From assembly GCA_036012755.1 (NCBI GenBank), contig DASCPX010000043.1, forward strand, positions 1 through 64,000: a DNA stretch of 64,000 nt, read 5' to 3'. Origin of the DNA: Myxococcota bacterium. GTDB lineage: Bacteria; Myxococcota_A; UBA796; CAJQPC01. Made by a program: the position numbers and the translations under genes. The notes under the pieces were generated by a model. That model was not told the DNA's origin, did not search any database, and saw only the letters and a list, made by a program, of their open reading frames with translations. The stretch's first letter is position 1, and each line of letters begins with the position of its first letter. This document shows, in pieces, positions 48,590 to 58,026 of the stretch.

Positions 48590-51500
48590 ATGCTCGCCCT
48601 CGGATTCCTCATCTCGGCGCATGCGGCTCGCCTGGTCGTGGACGGCGACGGCGGCGGGGATCACACGACCATCCAGGACGCCGTCGACGCCGCGTCGCGA
48701 GGCGATCACATCGTGGTGCTCGCCGGCACCTACGAGATGGTCAGCCTGAACTCGGTCAGCGTGCCGATCATCGGCCTGGACGGACCCGACGCCGTCTGGA
48801 TCGACACCAGCGACTTCTGGGCCATCTACCACACGGACTCGGAGCGACTGCGCCTGGAGGGCCTGTCGCTGGTGGCAGCCGACTCTGCCGTCTACTCCTC
48901 GGGCGGCGGCGTCCACGCCCGCAGGGTGCGTACCTACGACTCCACCTACGGCTTCTACAGCTACTACAGCGATCCCTGGCTGCTCCAAGCGGTCGTTGCC
49001 GGGGGCCACTCGATGTACGGCATCACGGCCTACCACTGCGACATGGAGATCGAGCACGCCACGTTCGTCGCCAACAGCGCCCACCTCTACAGCCGCAACA
49101 TGACCGTCACGGCAGCGCAGGTCGTGGGCTACGACGGCGTTCCGGTCCACAGCTGCAGCAGCAGCACGATGGACGTCTCCTACGCGCTCTTCGGCGACAT
49201 CAGCGGGACCTGGCCTTCCTGCGCCTCCTCCTCCTCGGTGATGCTCGGCTTCGACGTCGAGTTCAATGACTACGCCGAGGGCGGGGACTGGGAGGACCAG
49301 GACCTCCGCGAGGTGGGCCTGGGGGTCGACGCGGGCCCCTCTGGCTGCGAGGACGTCGACGGCAGCGTCTGCGACCTAGGCGCCTTCGGCGGGCCCTGGG
49401 GGAGCGACACCGATCACGACCGCGACGGGCTGCCCGACGCCTGGGAAGAGGAGCAGGGACTGGATCCAACCGTCGACGACGGCGCGGACGACGAGGACGG
49501 TGACGGGCTCGACAACCTCGCCGAGTACCTCTACGACACGGACCTGGCAGACGCGGACACCGACGGGGACGGGGCTGATGACCTCGACGAGCTCCAAGCT
49601 GGCTTCGACCCCCTCGACCCGGACGACCAGGCTCCCACTGCAGTGCTCGCCGGAGCCTCCTGGGCCTATGTGGATGAGCCGAGCCTGCTCGACGGGCGCG
49701 CCTCCAGCGATCCCCTCGGCGAGGCCCTGAGCCACCGCTGGACGGCCACGCGGCAGCCATCTGCCTCGACCATGGACTCGGAGCTCGGCGACACGGCCAC
49801 CCTCACCTTCGTCCCTGACGCAGCGGGCGCCTGGACGATCCAGCTCGAGGTCGATGACGGCACGACGACCGACACGGCCAGCCTGGAGATCGCGGTCTAC
49901 GAAGGGCGCGAGGTCCGCATCCCAGAGGACTTCGCCAGCTTCGCCGAGATCGACCCGCAGCCCGGCATGGTCGTGGTCTTCGGAGCCGGCGAGCACGTCG
50001 TCGAGGGCCTGACCGTCGAAGACGAGCTCACCCTGCGCGGCGCCGGGGCTGACGAGACGACCCTGGTCGTGGACCGCCTGACGTCCTCCAACGGCGGGCT
50101 GATGCGCCTGCAGGACCTTCGCGTCACCGGCAGCACGAACATCCCGCCGGTCTACACATACGGCGGGCGGCTGGAGCTCAGCGCCGTCACGGTCGACACC
50201 CCGGACTCGCCAAGAGGCATCGCCGTCCTGTACGGCATCCTGACGGCCCATGACCTCACCGTCACCGCCCAGGACGACGGCATCTTCGGCACCGCGGCCC
50301 TCCTGGATGTCCGGCGCGGATCGATCGCCGCGGCCACCGCCGTCAACAACGACAACGGCACGACGCGACTCGAGGGGCTCTTCCTCGAGGCCACGCTCTA
50401 CGGCGTGGAGGGCGTGGGGGGCAGCTTCGAGCTGCACCACCTCACCGTGGCTGGAGCCACCCTCGGCCTGCGCGTCTCGGGCAGCACCGTCACCGGCGAC
50501 CACCTCTACTTCCACGAGGTGGGCAGCGCCCTGGCCTGCTACTCCGGGGCCGAGTCGCTCTACGACTTCGTGCTCACCAGCGACTCCGGGCTCGGCGGCG
50601 CCTGCACGGTCCTGCGCTCGCAGGAAGACACCTCCGGCCCGGACGAGGACGGGGTGCCCTCGCCGGAGAGCCTGGCGTGGGACGGTGGAGACTGGCGACT
50701 GCTCGACCCCGACGGGACCGTCACCGACATCGGAGTCAGCGGCGGCGCCTTCGGTCTCAGGCAGGAGCACGAGCTCGCAGCACCCAACGAGGACCTCGAC
50801 GGCGACGGGCTGACGGCTGTGATCGAGTGGATGCTGGGCAGCTCCGACGAGGAGATCGACAGCGACGGCGACGGCCACACGGACATCGCCGAGCACACGC
50901 TCGGTGGAGATCCTGCCGATCCAGCGAACCACCACCCGGACCTCGACGGTCTCCTGGAGCGGGCCGCGGTCGGCGGCACACTCGAGGTGGCGCCGAGCTG
51001 GAACGACGACCCCGACGGCGACTCCTGCACCTTCACCTGGGAGGACGGCAGCGAGGCCATCCCGCGGACCTTCGACACCAGCGTCGCCGGAGTCCAGACC
51101 CTGGCCTGGACGCTGGTGTGTGGAGCCGGAGCGTCTGCGGGCGAGGCGGTGGTGATCGTCACAGAGGACCTCTTCGTGCCGAGCGACTTCGCGACCGTGA
51201 CGGACGCCCTCGCCGCCGCCGAGGACCACCACCGCATCGTGCTGGAGGTGGGCGAACACGTCGGTGACGCCGATCTCCGCGGACGGTCCACCGCTCTCGT
51301 CGGCGAGGGACGGGACAGCCGGCTCGTGGGAGACGTGCTGGGGGACCAGGCGGCGCTGCAGGTCCAGGACCTCCTCGTCGAAGGGGACGTCCGGGTCGAT
51401 GGAGGCTCCCTGTCCCGGCTCGAGGTCATCGGCGCCCTCTGGACCGGGAGCGCCGGCGGACGCTACGTGCTCGTCCACGACGATCTGCACGTCCTCGAGG

Positions 51501-53266
51501 GTGCGAGCTTCCGCGATCTCACCGTCATGGGAGACCTCGTCGCCGACACCGTCGGCCTGGGTGCAGCCGCCGTCGCAGGCGAACTCAGGACGAACGAAGA
51601 CGCCATCCTCTCGTACACCCACGCCGGCACCGCCCTCGGTCAGCGTCCCTTCATCCTCTACGACACCGACCCCGAGGTAGCCATCTTGGAGCCCTGGCCG
51701 GGCTCGAACCTGTGGGACAACGCCAGCACCGCGGTGGAGGATCCCGACGGCTCCGTCGAGGACATCGGCTACACGGGCGGCCCGGGCGCCTGGGAGACGG
51801 ACGCCGACCTCGACGGCATGAACGACCGCTGGGAGGACCTCTACGACGTCGATGACCCAGCGGCGGACATCGACGGGGACGGGCTCGTCAACGTCGAGGA
51901 GTTCGCCCTGGGCACCGAGCCGAACAACCCGGACACGGACGGAGACCGGGTGCCTGATGGCGAGGACCCCGACCCGCTCATCAGCGACGGCGGCAGCGTG
52001 AGGGTGCGCCTCGACATCGACGACCGCCACCCCTGGCCCGGCCAGATCGTCACCCTGAGCGCCACGGGCAGCTACGACCCCCTGGGCAGCGAGCTGGCCT
52101 TCTCCTGGACGATCGAGGGTCCCCCAGGCAGCGAGCTCATCGAGTTCGAAGGGCCCGTCGCGGTCGTGGCGGCCGAGGGTGCCGGAGCCTGGGACGTGAG
52201 GCTCTCCGTGGAGACGGACGACGGCCTCGAGTTCGAGCTCATCGACGACTTCCACACCCGCCGCGCGGTCCCGGTCCCGAAGGGGGCAGACCTCCAGGCA
52301 GCCATCGACGAGGCCCTCCCCGGGTCGATGCTGGTCCTGCAGGAGGGTGGCTGGTCCACCAACCTCGTCGTCTCGGATGACCTCGTGCTCACTCACGCGG
52401 AGGGGGCTCATGGCGGGGTGATCGAGGGTCTCGTAGACGGCCCCGCCATCATGGTCACCGGCGGCCACCTGCTGCTAGAGGACATCTCGGTTCGCGGGGC
52501 CGGCGGCACGGCGACGCTGCAGGTGACCGGCGGTGACCTGCAGCTCCGTCGCGCCAGGCTCTTCGCGGGGGACATCGCGCTGTTGTTGCAGGACGGTGAC
52601 GTCGACGCCGCCAACAGCGTGATCATCGGCGCCAGCCAGCTCGTGAGCGCCTACCAGTCCCGCGTCTCGTTCCGCCACTGTGTGCTGGGCTACCCAGAGG
52701 ACCTGGAGACCCTGGAGCCGCCGATGTCCCTCGCCGATACCCACCTGCGGGTGGAGAACTCGGTCTTCGTGTGGACCGCCCCCCACATAAACGCGATCTC
52801 CTGCAGCTTCCGGTGCACGGCCGACTTCTACGCGAGCATCGTGCCCGATCCCTCCTTCCTCCAGGTCGGCGGAGTGGTCACGAGCGCCGATCTCATCGAC
52901 GAGGACCCGGGCTTCCTGCTCCGTCCCGACGAGGCAGAACGCCAAGGCCTCGGCGACTACCGGCTGGCCGGCTCGAGCCCAGCCATCGATGCCGGCAAGG
53001 GTGGGGTGGACCCGGACGGCTCGGTCGCCGACATCGGCGTCCACGGGGGCAGGTACGGGGACTGGCCCGACGTCGACGAGGACCGCGACGGCTACACGAA
53101 CCTCGAGAACGACTGCGACGACACCGATCGCACGGTCGTCCCAGATCTGTGGACCGGGACCTGCCCGGCTCCCCAGGGCTGCACCGGCTGCGGCGGTGGC
53201 GCGACGCCGCGCTTGCTCGGGTTGCTCGCAGCCTTGTTGCTGACCCGGAGGAAGCCGTCGGGTTAG
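48590..53266 (+). CDS. Giant secreted surface protein: beta-helix modules, TSP3-like Ca-binding repeats, PKD domains, MYXO-CTERM-like tail
   Basis: Signal MLALGFLISAHA; TIQDAVDA..GD...V.AGTY; recurring DPDG...DIG..GG; DxDGDG repeats; LDGRASSDP and SATGSYDP; ends GCGGGATPRLLGLLAALLLTRRK. Confidence 0.85.
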   Translation: MLALGFLISAHAARLVVDGDGGGDHTTIQDAVDAASRGDHIVVLAGTYEMVSLNSVSVPIIGLDGPDAVWIDTSDFWAIYHTDSERLRLEGLSLVAADSAVYSSGGGVHARRVRTYDSTYGFYSYYSDPWLLQAVVAGGHSMYGITAYHCDMEIEHATFVANSAHLYSRNMTVTAAQVVGYDGVPVHSCSSSTMDVSYALFGDISGTWPSCASSSSVMLGFDVEFNDYAEGGDWEDQDLREVGLGVDAGPSGCEDVDGSVCDLGAFGGPWGSDTDHDRDGLPDAWEEEQGLDPTVDDGADDEDGDGLDNLAEYLYDTDLADADTDGDGADDLDELQAGFDPLDPDDQAPTAVLAGASWAYVDEPSLLDGRASSDPLGEALSHRWTATRQPSASTMDSELGDTATLTFVPDAAGAWTIQLEVDDGTTTDTASLEIAVYEGREVRIPEDFASFAEIDPQPGMVVVFGAGEHVVEGLTVEDELTLRGAGADETTLVVDRLTSSNGGLMRLQDLRVTGSTNIPPVYTYGGRLELSAVTVDTPDSPRGIAVLYGILTAHDLTVTAQDDGIFGTAALLDVRRGSIAAATAVNNDNGTTRLEGLFLEATLYGVEGVGGSFELHHLTVAGATLGLRVSGSTVTGDHLYFHEVGSALACYSGAESLYDFVLTSDSGLGGACTVLRSQEDTSGPDEDGVPSPESLAWDGGDWRLLDPDGTVTDIGVSGGAFGLRQEHELAAPNEDLDGDGLTAVIEWMLGSSDEEIDSDGDGHTDIAEHTLGGDPADPANHHPDLDGLLERAAVGGTLEVAPSWNDDPDGDSCTFTWEDGSEAIPRTFDTSVAGVQTLAWTLVCGAGASAGEAVVIVTEDLFVPSDFATVTDALAAAEDHHRIVLEVGEHVGDADLRGRSTALVGEGRDSRLVGDVLGDQAALQVQDLLVEGDVRVDGGSLSRLEVIGALWTGSAGGRYVLVHDDLHVLEGASFRDLTVMGDLVADTVGLGAAAVAGELRTNEDAILSYTHAGTALGQRPFILYDTDPEVAILEPWPGSNLWDNASTAVEDPDGSVEDIGYTGGPGAWETDADLDGMNDRWEDLYDVDDPAADIDGDGLVNVEEFALGTEPNNPDTDGDRVPDGEDPDPLISDGGSVRVRLDIDDRHPWPGQIVTLSATGSYDPLGSELAFSWTIEGPPGSELIEFEGPVAVVAAEGAGAWDVRLSVETDDGLEFELIDDFHTRRAVPVPKGADLQAAIDEALPGSMLVLQEGGWSTNLVVSDDLVLTHAEGAHGGVIEGLVDGPAIMVTGGHLLLEDISVRGAGGTATLQVTGGDLQLRRARLFAGDIALLLQDGDVDAANSVIIGASQLVSAYQSRVSFRHCVLGYPEDLETLEPPMSLADTHLRVENSVFVWTAPHINAISCSFRCTADFYASIVPDPSFLQVGGVVTSADLIDEDPGFLLRPDEAERQGLGDYRLAGSSPAIDAGKGGVDPDGSVADIGVHGGRYGDWPDVDEDRDGYTNLENDCDDTDRTVVPDLWTGTCPAPQGCTGCGGGATPRLLGLLAALLLTRRKPSG

Positions 53267-53275
53267 GCGCGGGCC

Positions 53276-54484
53276 ATGCTCCGCGTCTTGATCGCCGACA
53301 GTCTCCCCGACTCCGCTCGCACCCACCTCCAGCAAGCAGGGATGGAGGTCGTCTTCGAGCCCTCCTTGAAGGACGACAAGCTGCTCGCCGCGCTGGAGTT
53401 GCACGACCCGGAGGTCCTCGTCGTGCGCTCGACCAAGGTCAGGGCCGAGCACTTCGGCGCCGCTCGAGCGCTTCAGCTCGTCGTGCGCGCTGGCGCCGGC
53501 TTCAACACCATCGACCTCGCCGCGGCCTCTGGACTCGGCGTCTACGTCAGCAACTGCCCGGGCATGAACGCCGTGGCGGTCGCCGAGCTGGCCTTCGCGC
53601 ACATCCTCAACGCCGACAGGCGGATCGCCGACGCTGTGGCCGATCTGCGAGGCGGATCCTGGAAGAAGAAGACCTACGCGCGGGCCCGCGGGCTCAAGGG
53701 CCGCACCCTCGGCGTGATCGGCTTCGGCGGCATCGGCAGCGAGGTCGCGCGCCGGGGTCTCGCCTTCGAGATGGAGGTCCTGGCCTGGTCCCCCTTCCCA
53801 GAAGACAGGGAGAGGGCCGAGGCCATCGGCGTGCGCCACACACCAGAGGTGCTGGAGGTGGCGGCGCAGGCGGACGTGCTCACCGTCCACCTCGCCTTGA
53901 ACCCGGCGACGCGAGGCTTCATCGGACCCGCCATCTTCGACGAGCTCGCCCCGGGGACCATCTTCGTCAACACCAGCCGAGGCGAGGTCGTCGACGAACC
54001 CGCGCTGGCAAAGGCCGTGCGCGACAAGCACATCAAGGCCGGCTTGGACGTCTACTGCGGAGAGCCCTCCAGCGACGGCCAGTGGACGTCGACCCTGACG
54101 GGCCTGGCGGGGGTCTACGGGACGCCTCACGTCGGCGCTTCGACCGAGCAGGCCCAGGAGGCGGTCGCGAACGAGGCGGTGAGGGTCATCCTCGACTGGC
54201 AGACCACCGGATCTGCCCCCAACTGCGTGAACCTGGCGACCAGGACCGCCGCTTCGCACCTGCTCGTCGTGCGTCACGAGGACCGCGTCGGGGTCCTCGC
54301 CCAGGTGCTCGACCTCCTGAGGGAGAACGACATCAACGTGCAGCAGATGGAGAACGTGATCTTCAGCGGCGGCGGCGCGGCCTGCGCGCGCATCCAGCTC
54401 GACCGGACCCCGCCGGCACGAGCGCTGGCGACCCTCCGGGAGGCGGAGCCGATCTTCGACGCCAAGATCGTGGAGCTGGCATGA
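53276..54484 (+). CDS. serA: D-3-phosphoglycerate dehydrogenase with ACT domain
   Basis: VRSTKV, RAGAG.N.ID, GVIGFGGIG, NTSRG, LDVY, TPHVGASTEQAQ; ACT HEDRVGVLA; adjacent to serC. Confidence 0.9.
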   Translation: MLRVLIADSLPDSARTHLQQAGMEVVFEPSLKDDKLLAALELHDPEVLVVRSTKVRAEHFGAARALQLVVRAGAGFNTIDLAAASGLGVYVSNCPGMNAVAVAELAFAHILNADRRIADAVADLRGGSWKKKTYARARGLKGRTLGVIGFGGIGSEVARRGLAFEMEVLAWSPFPEDRERAEAIGVRHTPEVLEVAAQADVLTVHLALNPATRGFIGPAIFDELAPGTIFVNTSRGEVVDEPALAKAVRDKHIKAGLDVYCGEPSSDGQWTSTLTGLAGVYGTPHVGASTEQAQEAVANEAVRVILDWQTTGSAPNCVNLATRTAASHLLVVRHEDRVGVLAQVLDLLRENDINVQQMENVIFSGGGAACARIQLDRTPPARALATLREAEPIFDAKIVELA

Positions 54485-55551
54485 CTCGCAAGCACAACTT
54501 CTCCGCCGGCCCGGCGGTCCTTCCCGTCTCGGTGCTCGATGAGCTTCGGGCACAGATCCTCGACCTCCATGGCTCCGGAGTCGGGCTGATGGAGATCAGC
54601 CACCGCAGCCAGACCTTCGGTGACATCGTGGACAGCGCCATGGCGCGGATCCGGCGGGTCCTGTCCCTGCCCGACACCCACACGGTACTGCTCTTGCAGG
54701 GCGGCGCCAGCACACAGTTCCTGATGATCCCGGCCAACCTGCTCCAGGGTGGCCACGCGGACTACCTGAACACCGGGACGTGGTCGACCAAGGCCATCAA
54801 GGAGGCCCGGCGGTTCGGCTCCGTCTCCGTGCCCTTCGACGGCGCAGAGGTTGGCTACCGCGCCCTGCCGGCGTCATGGGAAGACAGCGACGACGTCGTC
54901 TACTCCCACTACACGAGCAACAACACGATCCACGGCACGCAGTTCCACCACGTGCCAGGGGTCTCGGGCATGCTCGCCTGCGACGCCTCCAGCGACATCG
55001 CGTCTCGGGCCATGGACGGTGGCCGCTTCGACGTGCTCTACGCCGGCGCGCAGAAGAACCTCGGGCCCTCCGGCGTGACGCTGGTCTGCCTGAGCGAGCG
55101 AGCCATGGCCGCCGCGAAGGACGCCGACGTGCCCACGATGCTCGACTACCGGGTGCACGCCGACAAGGGGAGCCTCTTCAACACCCCCAACACCCTCGGG
55201 ATCTTTGTCCTCGAGCGCGTGCTCGCGTGGGTGGAGGAGCAGGGCCTGGATGCCCTCGCAGCCCGGAACGAGCGCAAGGCCAGCTCGCTCTACGAGCTCT
55301 TGGACGGCTCCGACTTCTGGCAGCCGCACGCGGAGACGTCCTGTCGAAGCATGATGAACGTGACCTGGCGGCTCCGAGACCCGGAGCTCGAAGCCCCGCT
55401 GCTCGCAGAGGCAGAAGAGATGGGTTTTTCCGGCATCAGGGGCCACCGCTCCGTCGGCGGTCTCCGCGCCAGCATCTACAACGCCTGCCCCGAGGACAGC
55501 GTCGCAGCGCTCGTGGCATTCCTCAAGGAGTTCGAACGCACCCATGGCTGA
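54481..55551 (+). CDS. serC: Phosphoserine aminotransferase
   Basis: NFSAGPAVLP, MEISHRS, LQGGA, NNTIHG, DASS, YAGAQKNLGPSG, NTP, RSMMNV, GHRSVGGLRASIYNA. Confidence 0.98.
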   Translation: MTRKHNFSAGPAVLPVSVLDELRAQILDLHGSGVGLMEISHRSQTFGDIVDSAMARIRRVLSLPDTHTVLLLQGGASTQFLMIPANLLQGGHADYLNTGTWSTKAIKEARRFGSVSVPFDGAEVGYRALPASWEDSDDVVYSHYTSNNTIHGTQFHHVPGVSGMLACDASSDIASRAMDGGRFDVLYAGAQKNLGPSGVTLVCLSERAMAAAKDADVPTMLDYRVHADKGSLFNTPNTLGIFVLERVLAWVEEQGLDALAARNERKASSLYELLDGSDFWQPHAETSCRSMMNVTWRLRDPELEAPLLAEAEEMGFSGIRGHRSVGGLRASIYNACPEDSVAALVAFLKEFERTHG

Positions 55552-55870
55552 TGAACAGGACATCGTCGTCCTCGAGGACGCCGAAGGAAACGTCGCGGAG
55601 TTCGCCGTCCTAGGCATCGTCGAGCTCGAGGAGGAGGGGGCCTTCGCCCTGTTGGCTCCCACCTGGCAGATGGACGCGCCGGAAGACGAGCCGCTGGAGA
55701 TCTACGTCTTCCGCTACGACTACGACGAGGCCGACGAGAGCGAGGCCTTCCTCCCCCTCGACGACGAGGAGCTCGTCCGTCGCGTCGGCGAGCTCGCCCA
55801 GCAGATGATGGAGGCGGACGAAGACGACGGCGAAGACAGGGACGACGGCGAAGACAGGGACGAAGGCTGA
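55544..55870 (+). CDS. DUF1292-like acidic protein
   Basis: IVVLEDAEGNVAEF......E....FALL...IYVFR...L.D.E pattern; 18-bp duplication at 55823-55858. Confidence 0.75.
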   Translation: MADEQDIVVLEDAEGNVAEFAVLGIVELEEEGAFALLAPTWQMDAPEDEPLEIYVFRYDYDEADESEAFLPLDDEELVRRVGELAQQMMEADEDDGEDRDDGEDRDEG

Positions 55871-57364
55871 CTAGGGCAGCTTCTCGACGTACAGCGACTG
55901 GCTGGGAAAGGCGAAGCTGATCCCCTGCTCTTCGGCGAGGCGCAGGACGGCCAGGAGGATCTCGCTGCGCGCGTCACACTCCTCTGCCCAGCCCGGCACC
56001 GTGAGGTTGAACATCAGCAAGACGTCGAGGCTGGAGGCGCTGAAGTCCCGGAAGGTGGCCGTGCAGGAGTCCGGAACCGCGTGCTCGTGGGCCTCGACGA
56101 TGGCGCGAACTCCCGCGATGAAGCCCTCGATCTTCGCCGGCGGCGTGTCGTAGGTCAGCCCCAGGACCGTCTTCACGCGGCGGTGAGTGCGGTGGCCGAG
56201 GTTGTCGATCTTGGCGTTGGCGACTTTGGAGTTCGGCACCGTGACCACCGAGCTCCCCAGCGTGCGGATGCGGGTGCTCCGGAAGCCGACCTCCTCCACA
56301 GTGCCCTCGACCCCGTCGATGACGACGAAGTCCCCGACCTGGAAGGGCCGGTCCGCGAAGATGGTCAGGCTGCCGAAGAGGTTGGACAGGGTGTCCTGGG
56401 CCCCCAGCGCAAGCGCAAGGCCGCCGATGCCGAGGCCGGCGATGAGCGACTTCACGTCGATGCCGAGGTTCGACAGGACAAAGACGACGCCGAGGCAGAC
56501 CACCGCGACGCGGCCGAGCTTCGAGAGCAGGGGAACGGCCTGGTCGTCCATTCGCGATTCCGTCGCGTGGGCTCGCTTGATCCAGATGGCCGCGAAGACG
56601 TCGATCCAGCGAATGGCGATGATGACGACGCTGACGCTGACGAGCACGCGCGCGATGAACAGCAGCACCAGGCTCTGCTTGACGCCCAGCTGGAGCTCGG
56701 GAGCGCCGGCGAGGAGGACCAGCCCGAAGCACAGGGTGCGCATCGCGCCCCGGGTCTTCTCGAACACGGCAAGGTCGAGGGTCAGGCCCAGGCGCGTCAC
56801 GAGCGCCAGCAGCCGACTGCGCAACAGCGCGTTCATCAGCAGCGATGCCAACCCCGCCGCGAGGAGGAGGCCGACGAACAGCAGCATCTGCCAGGCTTGT
56901 ACGTTCCAGAGCCTGGCTGTCGTGAAGCTCGGCGGGAGCACGTCCTGGAGCCAGCTGGCGACCCCGTGGAAGGTCTCGGCGTGGAGCTCGTCCGTGGCGA
57001 GCACCGTGTCTCGGGACCACAGCCAGCGCCCGTCGTCCTGGAGCTCCAGGTAGACGATGGGGAGCTCCTCGACGACCACGACCTGGTCGCCCTCGTCGGG
57101 CCTCCACGCGGGATCGTCGGAGAACTCGGCCAGGGAGATCCAGTGTCCGCGCGCGTCCAGGACCAGCTTCAGCTGGACCGCGACCTGGGGCCCCTCCCCT
57201 GCCATCTCCGGAGGCAGGTCGAGGCACTGTGCCGCTTGCTTCGGATGGTAGTTCTCCGGCTGGAGCAGCGCGAGCAGCGTGTCGGCCGCGTCGCGGGGGT
57301 TGTCACAGTTTGGGAGGTCGCCAGCGAAGGCAGCGGAAAACCACGACAGCAGCAGGAAGAACAT
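55871..57364 (-). CDS. mscS: Mechanosensitive ion channel MscS family with N-terminal periplasmic domain
   Basis: LIAGLGIGGLALALGAQDTLSNLFGS..IFADRPFQVGD, GTVEEVGFRSTRIRT, VPNS, FAFPSQ. Confidence 0.93.
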   Translation of the reverse strand: MFFLLLSWFSAAFAGDLPNCDNPRDAADTLLALLQPENYHPKQAAQCLDLPPEMAGEGPQVAVQLKLVLDARGHWISLAEFSDDPAWRPDEGDQVVVVEELPIVYLELQDDGRWLWSRDTVLATDELHAETFHGVASWLQDVLPPSFTTARLWNVQAWQMLLFVGLLLAAGLASLLMNALLRSRLLALVTRLGLTLDLAVFEKTRGAMRTLCFGLVLLAGAPELQLGVKQSLVLLFIARVLVSVSVVIIAIRWIDVFAAIWIKRAHATESRMDDQAVPLLSKLGRVAVVCLGVVFVLSNLGIDVKSLIAGLGIGGLALALGAQDTLSNLFGSLTIFADRPFQVGDFVVIDGVEGTVEEVGFRSTRIRTLGSSVVTVPNSKVANAKIDNLGHRTHRRVKTVLGLTYDTPPAKIEGFIAGVRAIVEAHEHAVPDSCTATFRDFSASSLDVLLMFNLTVPGWAEECDARSEILLAVLRLAEEQGISFAFPSQSLYVEKLP

Positions 57365-57450
57365 CCGCGCCCCTAACCGTGTTTGGACTTGACAGTCACC
57401 GGGGTGGAGGTAGAGCGTCATGTGGAGAGCGGGACGCCCTTGGAGATTGC

Positions 57451-58020
57451 ATGACGCAGAAAACCGCCCAGCAGGAAGCCTGGTGGGCTGACTTCGTCTC
57501 CGAGTTCGGCAAGACGCCACTGCGCGAGCTGGCGCGACGCTTCGAGACCAACCCGAGGCGCCTGCGCCGGGCCGCGCAGCGCAGCGGGCTGAGCGACGAG
57601 CCGGACGCGATACGCGACAACGCCGCGCTCCTTGGAATGACGCCGGATGCCTCTGTGGCCACCAAGCTGGGTGTGACGGCAGAAGAGGTCAAGGGAGCCC
57701 GCGCCCGGCGCGGCATCGCGGCGTACAACAAGGCAGCGCCGCCTCCGAAGACCCAGCCCCCCGCGCCCAAGCGGGCCGCGCCCAAGCGGGCCGCGCCCAA
57801 GCGGGCCGCGCCCAAGCGGGCGACGACCAGGTCTGAACCCACGCGCAGCCAGGACGCCGAACCGGATGTCGTGGTCAAGCGAGGCGCCAGCCTCTCGCGC
57901 CGGTCCGAGTCCTCGATGCCAGGCCAGAACCGTCTCGGGCGACTCGGACGCATCGCCCCCATCGAGCCCGAGGTGACGCGCCGCCCCCCCCGGCGCCGGC
58001 GGATCGTCAAGAAGGACTGA
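57451..58020 (+). CDS. HTH-containing basic protein with a histone-H1-like tail
   Basis: GGAG RBS; PLRELARRFET and LGMTPDASVATKLGV....V..AR.RRGI HTH-like segments; (APKRA)4 repeat. Confidence 0.7.
   Translation: MTQKTAQQEAWWADFVSEFGKTPLRELARRFETNPRRLRRAAQRSGLSDEPDAIRDNAALLGMTPDASVATKLGVTAEEVKGARARRGIAAYNKAAPPPKTQPPAPKRAAPKRAAPKRAAPKRATTRSEPTRSQDAEPDVVVKRGASLSRRSESSMPGQNRLGRLGRIAPIEPEVTRRPPRRRRIVKKD
57761..57820. repeat. 15-bp perfect coding tandem repeat x4
   Basis: CCGCGCCCAAGCGGG x4 encoding (APKRA)4. Confidence 0.95.
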
Positions 58021-58026
58021 GCGACA

